Assembly: GCA_018656555.1 (NCBI GenBank)
Contig: JABHZQ010000024.1
Span: 4,577 to 68,576, forward strand
Length of the DNA: 64,000 bases
Reading direction: 5' to 3'
Origin: an archaeon
Lineage (GTDB): Archaea > Nanobdellota > Nanobdellia > SCGC-AAA011-G17 > GW2011-AR17
This document shows positions 28,464-38,447 of the stretch, piece by piece. Position numbers and translations under genes: made by a program. The first letter of the stretch is position 1; the number at the start of each line of letters is the position of its first letter. The notes below the pieces were generated by a model. The model made no database searches. It was not told where the DNA came from and saw nothing but the letters and a program-made list of their open reading frames with translations.

Positions 28464-29780
28464 ATCTGCCATATGCTTAACAGCAGCTTGTTGATATTTT
28501 AAAGAATCAACATTTTCAGGAATACAATAAGCTTCAATATCATCCCAATCAGAAGGAGCAACATTTGGTTCATTTCTTGGTAACTCTTCTATTCTAACAA
28601 AAGCATCAACTTCAGTAATATATTCTGGATCAGGATTTATTTGAATCCAAGCACCATTATCATTCCATCCATCAAAGGCCTGTCTTACATGAGACTTATG
28701 TGGATTAGATTGAACATGGTCTTCAACATTAGCTAAAAACATTGCTTTTAGATCTGGCATATTATTCATAGCAGCACTATATAATTGAACAGACTCTCTA
28801 ATTTTCCAATAATCTTCAGCCTCTTCAACAGTTGCAATATTTTCTGGCCATTCCTTAAACACTCCAAAATCCAACAAAGCTTGAGTCACAGGAAGAGAAT
28901 AATATCTTTTCTCTCCATCCGGAAAATAATCAAGAGGAAAATCTTCATCCATAGAAAGCTCACCATTACCATTCAAATCAGGATTAGGTTTACCATCAAC
29001 CATTTCATAAGTATATTTACCATCCATATTCCCATCATGGAAAATCTCAAATAAAGAATTTTCATTATAAGTCAAATCAAAATAATCAACATCTATACTT
29101 TTCTTACCATAACCTAAATACCGAGGATTAAAAAATTCACCTCTTCTTGGACTATCGGTTAACTCTAAAGGTTCTAAAACAATCTCTCCTAAATCTCTTG
29201 CAGCTACCTGGCTTGAAATGGGAGTTTCCCACTGAATTATATAATCTAAATAACCATTAAGTTCATCCCCATACAAAGCAGCAGAAGCAACTGGCAAATT
29301 TCCACCATTAGAAACACCAATAGCACCAACATTTGAAGTCAAAGCATAATCCAGAACATCATTTATTTTCTTCCCATCATCATCTTCAATCTCACCAACA
29401 CTATAAAGAATAACATACTTCAAAGCTTCTATTGAGTCCTCTCCTCTATAATCATAAACCCCTTCAGATTCCCTTCCCATTTTATCATCCTCAACTCCAG
29501 GAAAGAGAAAAGTAACAACAATAGTATCATGCAATTGTAAATCATCATAAAGATCCTTCTCCTCATATCCACCCTTAATTAATACAACAATAGGAGCACC
29601 TTCCTCATACCGGGGATCATCAGTAGTATACAACCTAACAGCTATCCCATCAACAGTTACATCAACATACTGTCCTACAATCTCTTCAGAAGCAGAAAAA
29701 AATAATCCAGTAGTAATCACCCCAGCCAACAAGACTAATAGGAGAGGTAACAATAATTTCTTCTTCATAACACTATTCAA
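28449..29780 (-). CDS. Exported acidic alpha/beta-hydrolase-fold protein
   Basis: N-terminal signal/TM; GAIGVSNGG (GxSxG); DHVQ His; DxNGxG Ca-binding motifs. Confidence 0.65.
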   Translation of the reverse strand: MNSVMKKKLLLPLLLVLLAGVITTGLFFSASEEIVGQYVDVTVDGIAVRLYTTDDPRYEEGAPIVVLIKGGYEEKDLYDDLQLHDTIVVTFLFPGVEDDKMGRESEGVYDYRGEDSIEALKYVILYSVGEIEDDDGKKINDVLDYALTSNVGAIGVSNGGNLPVASAALYGDELNGYLDYIIQWETPISSQVAARDLGEIVLEPLELTDSPRRGEFFNPRYLGYGKKSIDVDYFDLTYNENSLFEIFHDGNMDGKYTYEMVDGKPNPDLNGNGELSMDEDFPLDYFPDGEKRYYSLPVTQALLDFGVFKEWPENIATVEEAEDYWKIRESVQLYSAAMNNMPDLKAMFLANVEDHVQSNPHKSHVRQAFDGWNDNGAWIQINPDPEYITEVDAFVRIEELPRNEPNVAPSDWDDIEAYCIPENVDSLKYQQAAVKHMADLVYW

Positions 29781-29801
29781 ATCTTTAAATTATTTAAACC
29801 T

Positions 29802-30074
29802 TTAGAAACCAAAACTATCTGTAAACTCTCTAATTTGTTGATATTGGGTTAAGAACTTCAAACCTCTGTCTGTAATAACATACTTCTTAGATTTTTTTTC
29901 CTCATTCTCATCAACCATCCCCTTTTCCATTAACTCAGAAACATACCTCTTCATAGAATCATGAGATAGATTAGATTTATACAATAAATGAGTCGGCTTA
30001 ATAGTCCCACCTTTAGCTCGAATAGCTTCCAAGATGTCCTTAATTATTTCAAGCCTTTCTCTTCTTTCGCCCAT
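29802..30074 (-). CDS. Archaeal winged-helix transcription regulator
   Basis: RERLEIIKDIL..PTHLLYKSNLS..YVITDRG.KFL. Confidence 0.85.
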   Translation of the reverse strand: MGERRERLEIIKDILEAIRAKGGTIKPTHLLYKSNLSHDSMKRYVSELMEKGMVDENEEKKSKKYVITDRGLKFLTQYQQIREFTDSFGF

Positions 30075-30702
30075 TGTATACCACTAACCTCATTAACATA
30101 AAAAACAATAAAATGAACCCAATCATCTGTAAAACCTCTCCAGCTACATATAGAGCAACACTAGTTTGTATTGCAGCAAAGAATATGTGTGAACAAGCTA
30201 AAAGGAAAAATGAAACATACACAAATTTAGTATTTATATTCCTCTTATTCTGATAATTCCTAAAGAACTGCCAAGTTAAAAAAACTAACAATACAAAAGA
30301 AATAATATGGAATTTGATAAAATATTGGTAAGAAAACAACACCATCAATAAGATTAAAGCAAAAATCAAAGATGTTACTTTTTTATTCTCAATCTTAAGA
30401 ATAACAATTAACAATATAGTATAAGCTAACAACATTAATAATATATGAATTAAAAATATGAAATCAAAGGGTTCAATAAGAAAACCTACATAATTTCTAA
30501 ACAAGGCAAACACAACAAATATTAGGTGGGCAATAGCAATAAGTAAGAATGCAGACCCAAAAAAAGAGTATTTTTTCTCTTTTGTCACCATTTTAGCCTT
30601 ATAGCTTAGAACAGCAATAAAAAGAGTAACAATAGCAAACACAATATTAAATAGAATATCATATCCTTGAAACCACTGTGGCCCAATATTTAGTATCGCC
30701 AT
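30049..30702 (-). CDS. ~7-TM membrane protein, overlapping the wHTH gene
   Basis: Seven hydrophobic segments. Confidence 0.75.
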   Translation of the reverse strand: MAILNIGPQWFQGYDILFNIVFAIVTLFIAVLSYKAKMVTKEKKYSFFGSAFLLIAIAHLIFVVFALFRNYVGFLIEPFDFIFLIHILLMLLAYTILLIVILKIENKKVTSLIFALILLMVLFSYQYFIKFHIISFVLLVFLTWQFFRNYQNKRNINTKFVYVSFFLLACSHIFFAAIQTSVALYVAGEVLQMIGFILLFFMLMRLVVYNGRKKRKA

Positions 30703-30802
30703 GTTGTCACTAAAAAATTATTTGCTTTATAAGTTTTGTGTAACTCTATTAACAAGTGAATTTTCTCGTCTTTTATAAACAAGTTTTACCCTCTATTTTT
30801 TA

Positions 30803-30910
30803 GGTGATGCCCATGCTATAAGCTTAGCATATTCAAGGTGAGCTTCCCTCTCTTTAGTCTCCTCTTTCTCTTTGGAGAGGCTCACCAGTTTTTTACTTGT
30901 GACAAGGCAT
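30803..30910 (+). ncRNA. Candidate structured small RNA
   Basis: TTTTATAAA at 30771; stems ATGCTA/TAGCAT and GGTGAGC/GCTCACC with a CT-rich loop and T-tract; closing ATGCC/GGCAT. Confidence 0.4.
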
Positions 30911-30953
30911 ATGTGCACGTGAGATTTATAAGTCTATTTGGTATTAAGATATT

Positions 30954-31712
30954 ATGGATATTTTAAGTGTAGAAAAATTTGTTAAGAGTTATAAATCCAA
31001 AAAATATGCTCAAAAAGCAGTTAAATATCTTATTTCAAAAGACTTATTACCTTTGGAAGCTAATGAAGATACTGCTGCTTTGGTGGGCCATTTAATGGGA
31101 GATGGAAGTCTTAGTAAGGACTGTTATGTTGGAGAATTTAGATTCTTTGGTTCAGAAACTAAACTAAAAATAATTAAATCAAAAATAACTCAAATATTTA
31201 ATGTTGAACCTAAAAGATTTTATCAAAGGAAGGGTGGTTTTGTTTTGAGGTATAATAATTGTATAATTGCAAGATTATTTAATTTAATTGGAGTTCCTAG
31301 GGGAAATAAAGTAAGAACTCCTTTTGGGGTGCCCAGATGGATTAAATCATCTAACTCTTCAGTTAAAAGATCTTTTCTTATTGCATTATGTGATGATGAA
31401 TTATCAAGCCCAAGGAAAGATAAGAGAGGATATATTGAACCTTTGAGACTTAAGTTCAACAAAACAGAGAAATTATTAGAGGAAGGAAAATCTTTTTTAC
31501 ACGAAATTAAGTATTTGTTCAATGAATTTGGAATTTTATGTAATCCCATAAAAGTTAATAATGATAAATATAAAAATAAATATGGAGAAATAACAAGGAG
31601 TATTTATTTTAATATTAGTTCTAAGAAGAATAATTTAAAAAAATTTGAGGAAAAAGTAGGGTTTGAATCAGAATTAATTAAAAAATTTAAACTCCAAAGT
31701 CTACTAAATTAA
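30954..31712 (+). CDS. Free-standing LAGLIDADG endonuclease-like protein
   Basis: LVGHLMGDGS; VPRWI..SFLIALCDDE; KFEEKVGF; no intein splice motifs. Confidence 0.85.
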   Translation: MDILSVEKFVKSYKSKKYAQKAVKYLISKDLLPLEANEDTAALVGHLMGDGSLSKDCYVGEFRFFGSETKLKIIKSKITQIFNVEPKRFYQRKGGFVLRYNNCIIARLFNLIGVPRGNKVRTPFGVPRWIKSSNSSVKRSFLIALCDDELSSPRKDKRGYIEPLRLKFNKTEKLLEEGKSFLHEIKYLFNEFGILCNPIKVNNDKYKNKYGEITRSIYFNISSKKNNLKKFEEKVGFESELIKKFKLQSLLN

Positions 31713-31753
31713 TCCAAACATTTATAAGTTAGAATTTTTTCTGTGAAGAATAT

Positions 31754-31909
31754 GTCGGGGTAGCAAAGTCTGGTCAAATGAGGTCAAGGAAACTTATCTC
31801 AGACTATATGCGCAGGACTTAAGTTACTCATGATAGACATACAAGCAAGGGTTTGTATAAGATATCCTGTCTCTTAGTGAGTTCGAGGGTTCAAATCCCT
31901 TCCCCGACA
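31754..31909 (+). tRNA. tRNA-Leu(TAA) with two introns (31778-31807 in the D-arm; 31824-31863 at 37/38)
   Basis: GTCGGGG/CCCCGAC acceptor; removing both inserts gives CAGGA-CT-TAA-GA-TCCTG, a long variable arm and a TTCAAAT T-loop; BHB-type junctions (GGTC/GACT and CTTA/TAAG central helices with 3-nt bulges). Confidence 0.9.
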
Positions 31910-31913
31910 TTTA

Positions 31914-32285
31914 TTATCTTGATTCCCAAATAGGGAGTCCTTCTAACTTTAGAATTGCCACAACTCCTCCGGCCCTATATAAATACTCATTATCGCCATG
32001 AGGTTCTATTTCAAACTTAACATCACTAACACCTTTATCATCAAAAGTAAAATGAACTCTGACTTTAATACTATTGAAATTATCTTGAAGATAACCTGTG
32101 TTAATTATCTTATTATCAATACATCTTTTTATCTCAATCTTGCCCTCACCCCAAACATCCCTAGCACCAGGAGGCAACTCTTTAGGCTTATAGAATTCTC
32201 CTTGTAAACCCCTAACTCTAAAAAAAGTAGTATAAAGTCTTGGAACAAAATTATCCCATAGGTTCATAACTTGTTGCTCTTCCAT
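31914..32285 (-). CDS. Hypothetical protein
   Basis: 123-aa ORF between two tRNA genes. Confidence 0.65.
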   Translation of the reverse strand: MEEQQVMNLWDNFVPRLYTTFFRVRGLQGEFYKPKELPPGARDVWGEGKIEIKRCIDNKIINTGYLQDNFNSIKVRVHFTFDDKGVSDVKFEIEPHGDNEYLYRAGGVVAILKLEGLPIWESR

Positions 32286-32370
32286 GCAATTACTCTTATT
32301 TTACTAATTAAAAACATTTTCTATTCTAGAGTTAATTTTATAAAGAGAAAGTGAAATTAAATCAATTACT

Positions 32371-32444
32371 GCCTCGGTGGCTTAGCCTGGTATAGCACTT
32401 GCTTGGTAAGCAAGAGGTCCCGTGTTCAAATCACGGCCGAGGCT
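32371..32444 (+). tRNA. tRNA-Thr(GGT)
   Basis: GCCTCGG/CCGAGGC acceptor; CTTGC-TT-GGT-AA-GCAAG; TTCAAAT. Confidence 0.95.
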
Positions 32445-32446
32445 TA

Positions 32447-33661
32447 TTATATTGCTGCCCAAGTGTATCTACCACCATTGTACATACACATATAAGACTC
32501 ACCATCACTAAGCTCGCCAGTTTCTACATTAGAAGAATCATCATCATCTGCCCCACATTTATCCCAATTGTTTCTATCTCCACAAATATAATACCCATTA
32601 CCTGCCCCAGTTTCATAAAAAGTATCATGATCAATACATTCTCCATCAATATTTACACATTGAGTTTCTCCACAACAAGCAATTCTTCTTTCGCCGAATT
32701 TATTAATTGGAGGAGGATATCTTTGATCATTTCCATAGATATAACTCCAAATCCAAGATCCACCTTCTGAACAAGGCATACCAAAACAATCAATATCTAA
32801 CTCATCAGTATAATCATCACCATCATTATTGAAATTATCTTCACAAAAAAGTTCTCTACTATAAGTACAAGCTGCTTCAGAATCTCCTCTTTCAGGTCCA
32901 TAAAAACCATAAACTAAATTACATTCTGGATCTTCACATCCAAACATCCAATCTCCATCCTCATCCCATTCTTCTAAACAATTTTCAATACCTTCAGTAT
33001 GAATAATAATTTCTAAAAGTCCCTCCATGATTATTGGAGAAATATCTCCTGTTTCCATATCAGCATATAATGGTTTCATCTGCAAGTCAGCTTCACCATC
33101 TCCATCAATATCATATAGATTAACTCTTCCATGCATTAAAAGTCCATCCTCATCCTCACCATATTCATGTTCTATTGTAGGAACTTCCATTCCATCATCT
33201 AATGTACCTAAACTTGATAATATTCTAACAGCACCTAATTCCCATTCTACAAATAATGTATACTCTCTACCTAGATATACAAAAGAAAGATTACCTTCAT
33301 TTTCTACAATCTCTTTGTAAGGAAATTCAGAATCTTCTAAAGGAACAATCTCTTCTATTATTTCATCTCCTTCATCTGAACCACCATCATCCCCTCCTCC
33401 AGTAGTACTTCCTCCACCCGCTCCCCCACCAACACTAGAACCTCCTCCACCAACAGTAGTAGTCTCTTCCTCTTCTTCCTCTACTTCTGGTTCCTCTTCT
33501 TCCTCTAGCTCAGCCTCTACTTCTTCTTCAACTTCTTCTTCAACTTCTTCTGGCTCAGGAACATCAACTTCTTCTTCAGTAGAAAAAGAAAAAATTACAG
33601 CAAGAATAACAACAATTAGAATAATTCCACCAATAAGAAACTTCCACCAATCTTTTTTCAT
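32447..33661 (-). CDS. Membrane-anchored acidic, Cys-rich surface protein
   Basis: N-terminal TM, Glu-rich and Gly-rich linkers, C.D..DxDGD...D.DC repeats. Confidence 0.8.
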   Translation of the reverse strand: MKKDWWKFLIGGIILIVVILAVIFSFSTEEEVDVPEPEEVEEEVEEEVEAELEEEEEPEVEEEEEETTTVGGGGSSVGGGAGGGSTTGGGDDGGSDEGDEIIEEIVPLEDSEFPYKEIVENEGNLSFVYLGREYTLFVEWELGAVRILSSLGTLDDGMEVPTIEHEYGEDEDGLLMHGRVNLYDIDGDGEADLQMKPLYADMETGDISPIIMEGLLEIIIHTEGIENCLEEWDEDGDWMFGCEDPECNLVYGFYGPERGDSEAACTYSRELFCEDNFNNDGDDYTDELDIDCFGMPCSEGGSWIWSYIYGNDQRYPPPINKFGERRIACCGETQCVNIDGECIDHDTFYETGAGNGYYICGDRNNWDKCGADDDDSSNVETGELSDGESYMCMYNGGRYTWAAI

Positions 33662-33743
33662 ACTCTATAACCTATGCTTTTTACTATTTAAATTCTTCTA
33701 ATCCCTTAAAAAAACTTATAAAGATAGATAGCAAAAAATTATT

Positions 33744-34523
33744 ATGGAAAAAATAGTTATTTTTAGATTTCATAAACATCCTTCTATTTGTTTGAATAGA
33801 TTAGAACTATTGAATAAATTAAATCCTGGTATTGAAATATATGGCATTTATGGTGGAGAGGAAAAGGATCTTTCTAAATTTGAAGAAACATTAAGGGGCC
33901 ATCTCAAACATATTTGGGTTATAAAAAATAAAACTAATGATTGGAAATGGCAAAATTTTGATTTAGCTTTGAGAGATTGGTATAAAGAAATAGGAAAAGA
34001 CATTACTTTTGATCGAGCTTATATTGTTGAATGGGATTTAATATTAACAGATAGCTTAGATAATATTTATGCACATATCCCAAAAGAGGAACTAGGTTTG
34101 ACTGGATTTAATAAATTAAGTTTAGTTGAAAAAGAGTGGGATTGGGTAGCTGAAGAACCATCTAGAAGTGACTGGTTAAAATTATTAGAGTTTGTTAAAA
34201 AGAAATATAATTATTCTCTTGAACCTAATGCTTCATTAGGCCCTGGTTTATGTTTACCTAGAGAATTTTTAGAAAAATACAGTGAAGCTGAAGTTCCAGA
34301 GTTGTGTCATGATGAATTAAGAGTTCCATTATACTCTCAAATCTTCAATTTGAAATGTAAAGATACTGGATTTTATAAGAAATGGTTTGATGATGATGAA
34401 AAAAAGTACTTTAATTGTGTGAATAGAGACATTGATATAGAAATTATTAAAACAGAAATTAAAAACAATGGAAGAAAAGCTTTTCACCCTTTTAGAAAAC
34501 TATTTCACCTTAAACTCTCATAA
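33744..34523 (+). CDS. Hypothetical protein, possibly glycosyltransferase-like
   Basis: AYIVEWDLIL (ExD motif) and C-terminal FHP; weak. Confidence 0.55.
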   Translation: MEKIVIFRFHKHPSICLNRLELLNKLNPGIEIYGIYGGEEKDLSKFEETLRGHLKHIWVIKNKTNDWKWQNFDLALRDWYKEIGKDITFDRAYIVEWDLILTDSLDNIYAHIPKEELGLTGFNKLSLVEKEWDWVAEEPSRSDWLKLLEFVKKKYNYSLEPNASLGPGLCLPREFLEKYSEAEVPELCHDELRVPLYSQIFNLKCKDTGFYKKWFDDDEKKYFNCVNRDIDIEIIKTEIKNNGRKAFHPFRKLFHLKLS

Positions 34524-35611
34524 TCCACTTGTGATCCATATTTAGAAAACACAATCTGCCAAAGTTGATTCTCATGTGCTCTAAAAGAACCTGCACAAGA
34601 TAGCAAGTAATAATTCCACATTCTTTTGAATCCTTTATCATAATTTCTTTTAATTTTATCCCAATTTTTGTTAAAGTTTTTATGCCAAGCCATTAAGGTC
34701 TTATCATAATAAGTTCCAAAATTATGCCAGTCTTCAAGTATGAATAAACCTTCATAAGCTCTTGTTACCTGTTTTGCTGAAGGAAGCAATCCATTTGGAA
34801 AAATATACTTATCAATCCAAGGTTCCACACTTGTTTGTGATCTATTCCCCCCAATTGTATGTAATAAGAACAATCCATCATTCTTTAAACAAGAATTAGC
34901 AACTTTAAAGAAAGTTTTGTAATTCTTTTGTCCCACATGCTCAAACATACCAACAGATACAATTCTGTCAAACGGTTCATCAAGATCTCTATAATCTTGT
35001 AATCTTATTTCAACATCAAGTCCTTTGCATCTTTTTTTAGCTAAATCTACCTGTTCTTGAGATACAGTAATCCCTACAACCTTTACTTTATACTTTTCAG
35101 CTGCAAACTTAGCAAAGCTTCCCCAACCACAACCAATATCTAGAACTTTTAATCCTGGTTTTAATTTTAGTTTTTTACATAGTAAGTCTAATTTTTCATC
35201 TTGTGCTTGATTTAGAGTTTTTGCTTTTTTCCAATAGCCACAGGTATAGGTTAATCTTTTATCCAGCATATGTTTGTAAAGGTCATTACCAATATCATAA
35301 TGTTTCTTCCCAATTTCATGAGCTTTTGATTTTCTTTGTTGATTTGTTAATTTTGCTTTTATTACAGAAAGAACCATCTTTCCTTTAATTTTAGTATCTA
35401 ACTTTGCTCTAAGTACTCGATCTATAAATTGATCTAAATGTTTACAATCCCACCATCCATCCATATAAGACTCTCCTAATGCCAATGTTCCTCCAGATAG
35501 AACTCTTGCATAGAATTTAGGATTTTTAACTTTAATATCCCAAGGTCTTTTCCCATTTATCTTTACATCTGCATGATTCAAGAGTTCTTGAGTAGTTTGT
35601 TTTAAATCCAT
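34505..35611 (-). CDS. cfa: Cyclopropane-fatty-acyl-phospholipid synthase
   Basis: LGESYMDGWW, HYDIGNDLY, YTCGYW, VLDIGCGWG, VSVGMFEHVG, WIDKYIFP, RMWNYYLLSCAGSFR. Confidence 0.93.
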   Translation of the reverse strand: MDLKQTTQELLNHADVKINGKRPWDIKVKNPKFYARVLSGGTLALGESYMDGWWDCKHLDQFIDRVLRAKLDTKIKGKMVLSVIKAKLTNQQRKSKAHEIGKKHYDIGNDLYKHMLDKRLTYTCGYWKKAKTLNQAQDEKLDLLCKKLKLKPGLKVLDIGCGWGSFAKFAAEKYKVKVVGITVSQEQVDLAKKRCKGLDVEIRLQDYRDLDEPFDRIVSVGMFEHVGQKNYKTFFKVANSCLKNDGLFLLHTIGGNRSQTSVEPWIDKYIFPNGLLPSAKQVTRAYEGLFILEDWHNFGTYYDKTLMAWHKNFNKNWDKIKRNYDKGFKRMWNYYLLSCAGSFRAHENQLWQIVFSKYGSQVDYESLR

Positions 35612-35697
35612 GAAATAAAGAAAAGAATATTTACATATAAATGTTACTACTTGAACTAATAGGAATATTTACATATTTTTCAATGTAGTAATTAAAT

Positions 35698-36549
35698 ATG
35701 AAACATAGGTTGGATCTCCATGAAGGAGTGATTATCTCAGTGATTGTATTCACATTAGTAGCTATATTCCTTCCTGGAAAAGGAATGGATGAATTAGTAC
35801 TTGCATTATTATCTGTATCTTCCTTCTTGTTTGGTATATTCATGGCTTTCTCAGTATCAGATAGGCACTCTAGACAGAAAGAAGTAAGGGCTACATTAAA
35901 ATATGGGGATGCTTATGTTGTTAACCTCTATAAACTGGCTGAAGCTTATAGTGGGGAAGTAGGTAAAAAAACACAAAAACTACTAGATAATTGGTTAGTT
36001 GATACATTTGATTATTTTTTACATGATTTCCATAAAACTTTACCTAAATTCTATAAATTATTTGATTATATAATTAACTTAAATCCTCAAACAAAAAAAC
36101 AACATGCACTTTATGATGAAATGATAACAAATCTACAAAATCAAGTTATATCCAATAAAAAAGTAAGATACTTAGTCCATGATAAAATATCAAGACCAGA
36201 ATGGATTAGCATTTTAACCTTGGCCGGAGTTATAATATTCTGTTTATTTTTTATCAACACAAATACATTTTTTTCAATTTTACTTGTCGTATTATTATCA
36301 ACAACTCTAGTAACTATTGTAATGGTACTTAGGGATCTTGATTCATTATTCTGGAAAGAACAAAAATGGGTATGGGACCCAGCAATAGATATGTTTAATG
36401 AAATTGGTACTCTTCCATATATCCCCCAAGTATGTATTGATATAAAAAGAGTAAAAGTTGAAAAGGGATTAAAGTACAGATCAGCAGATTATCCTCACCC
36501 TTATCCTAATATGAAAGGAAAGAAAGTAAAAATAAGAATTGCTAAATAA
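35698..36549 (+). CDS. 4-TM membrane protein (possibly DUF4239-like)
   Basis: Two TM hairpins flanking a helical soluble region; LRDLD motif. Confidence 0.65.
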   Translation: MKHRLDLHEGVIISVIVFTLVAIFLPGKGMDELVLALLSVSSFLFGIFMAFSVSDRHSRQKEVRATLKYGDAYVVNLYKLAEAYSGEVGKKTQKLLDNWLVDTFDYFLHDFHKTLPKFYKLFDYIINLNPQTKKQHALYDEMITNLQNQVISNKKVRYLVHDKISRPEWISILTLAGVIIFCLFFINTNTFFSILLVVLLSTTLVTIVMVLRDLDSLFWKEQKWVWDPAIDMFNEIGTLPYIPQVCIDIKRVKVEKGLKYRSADYPHPYPNMKGKKVKIRIAK

Positions 36550-37135
36550 GATTGGTCTGTACATCCATATCAATAATTTTTCTAGCCATATATTGGGCTT
36601 GTCTCATAGCATAATCAATTATATCTTCTTTTTTATCTGTGGGTACAGTTGGCAAAGAATAATACTTTATCTCTTTCTCTCTAAGAAACTTTAACAACAT
36701 TTTGTCAATCTTTTCTTGCCATTCATATTCAGTATTCCTAATTCCATCTTGAACTAAACCAATTCTAGTCAAAGGAGTCTTAAATATAAAATTATAAGAT
36801 TTAGCATGACTTAAGGTAAATGGCTCCATCCATTCTGGTGCAGGTATACCTGCAGACCCATATAAATCTAAAGTATAAATAAAATTATCAACAATACTTC
36901 TATCACAAACAACATATTCATTAAGATCTTGTTTCTCTCTCTCCCTTTGGACTTGAGTTAACATAATCCAGTTTTGAGCTAGAAAGTCCCCTTTTCCTTG
37001 TTTTAAGTATGGACAAGAACCAGCAACTTCACTAACCAAACCCACTGTTCTAGCCCTAGATTTCAAAACACCTGCAAGAAAATAGGTTAAAGTGGTCTTA
37101 AATGTACCATGGGAACCTATTATTGCAATCTTCAT
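36542..37135 (-). CDS. P-loop nucleotide-kinase-like protein (AAA_28/NadR-type)
   Basis: KIAIIGSHGTFKTT, VVCDRSIVD, DGIR. Confidence 0.8.
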   Translation of the reverse strand: MKIAIIGSHGTFKTTLTYFLAGVLKSRARTVGLVSEVAGSCPYLKQGKGDFLAQNWIMLTQVQREREKQDLNEYVVCDRSIVDNFIYTLDLYGSAGIPAPEWMEPFTLSHAKSYNFIFKTPLTRIGLVQDGIRNTEYEWQEKIDKMLLKFLREKEIKYYSLPTVPTDKKEDIIDYAMRQAQYMARKIIDMDVQTNLI

Positions 37136-37247
37136 GATCTTTTGGTTATCTCTTTTATTTATAATGAATTATATCTCAAAAAATAATCATTAAAGAACTA
37201 TAACAAAAATCGAAAAGATTATAAACAATATTTACTAGTAGATAATT

Positions 37248-37526
37248 ATGGCTCAACAAGTAACACCTCAAAGAAATCCTTTTTTTGCTGGTCCACAATC
37301 TGGTGCTCCAGCTCAACCTGCACCGCCAGTTCAACCAGCTAGACCTGGTATGCAACCAAAACCAGGAGTTCAACCTAAACCAACTCCAAAAGCAGGAGGA
37401 AATTTCTTTCAGAAAAACAAACCTTTGCTAATAGTTGCAGCAGCAATAGTATTCTTAGTTGTAGTCGGAGTAATTGTATTTTTATTAATTGGCATATTAG
37501 GTACAGAAGTAAGTACTAAAATATAA
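37248..37526 (+). CDS. Small Pro/Gln-rich single-TM protein
   Basis: QPKP repeats followed by one TM segment. Confidence 0.7.
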   Translation: MAQQVTPQRNPFFAGPQSGAPAQPAPPVQPARPGMQPKPGVQPKPTPKAGGNFFQKNKPLLIVAAAIVFLVVVGVIVFLLIGILGTEVSTKI

Positions 37527-37527
37527 A

Positions 37528-37974
37528 ATGAAAAAAATTATTGGTAAAGTCATCTTAACATCAATTCTATTCTTAATAGTTGCCCAAATAGTTCATAGTT
37601 TGGGTGCAATGGCAACAATGAACTACTACCTGTTAGAAGAATTCTTCCCTGTTTGGAGTTCAATAATGATGCCAACTGAAGGCCCACCTGGAACTAATTT
37701 CTTTGTTTTATCGGCAGTATTCAATTTTATAACTGGTTTAATCTTTTCATTAGTATATTTAGCTGTTAACAAGGGATTAAAACCTAAACAAGCAACAAAA
37801 AAAGGAGTGTTATATGGTGTTTTATTTTTCTGTGTTGCAGGGATTCCAACCACTCTATCTCTGATCCTATTAATTAACTTGCCTTTAACATTATTACTTG
37901 TCTGGGCATTAGAATCTTTTATCATCTACTTAATTGCGGGTGGAATAGTTAGTAAGTTCTTAACAAAGCCATAA
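37528..37974 (+). CDS. 4-TM membrane protein
   Basis: Hydrophobic helices; KGVLYG motif. Confidence 0.75.
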   Translation: MKKIIGKVILTSILFLIVAQIVHSLGAMATMNYYLLEEFFPVWSSIMMPTEGPPGTNFFVLSAVFNFITGLIFSLVYLAVNKGLKPKQATKKGVLYGVLFFCVAGIPTTLSLILLINLPLTLLLVWALESFIIYLIAGGIVSKFLTKP

Positions 37975-38373
37975 ACCCTTATCTTTGTTCTCAAGTTCTT
38001 TTAAGTCTAAATAATACTTAGTAGTAGCATTATACTTGTCATACACTTTTGCATACCCTTCTTGTACTAAATAAGCATTAATCATATTCCCATCCAAATG
38101 AATATATCTTAACAACCGACCATACTTCCCTCTATTATCAACATCTCTTTCCAAATAAACCTCTTTTCCTAGCACTAAATCACTTAAAGCTTCCTTAGCC
38201 TCAGAATAATAACATTCATCTGTCTCGGGAGTATTGATCCCTGATAGCCTAATCCTATCTCCTGTTTCAATATCTAGAGTATCACCATCTATTACATTGG
38301 TAACCAAGTAAGGCCCCTCTAAGGGAGTACAAGCACTCAAAAAAAGCAATAACAAAATTAGTATTTTTCTCAT
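37960..38373 (-). CDS. Thermonuclease (SNase) family lipoprotein
   Basis: Lipobox LSA-C; VIDGDT, RIRLSGINTPE, KYGRLLRY. Confidence 0.9.
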   Translation of the reverse strand: MRKILILLLLFLSACTPLEGPYLVTNVIDGDTLDIETGDRIRLSGINTPETDECYYSEAKEALSDLVLGKEVYLERDVDNRGKYGRLLRYIHLDGNMINAYLVQEGYAKVYDKYNATTKYYLDLKELENKDKGLWLC

Positions 38374-38447
38374 AATCTCCTAAGACTAAGAGTTTTAATA
38401 AAACTTAACAAAGAAATGTTGAAAATCTTTCAAAAAAAATAAAAAAA

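Noticed and set aside
26507-32444. Integrated element at the tRNA genes
   Set aside because: No duplicated tRNA 3' end (att site) or integrase was found.
32399-32770. 123-aa plus-strand ORF
   Set aside because: Starts inside tRNA-Thr(GGT) and is antisense to a real gene.
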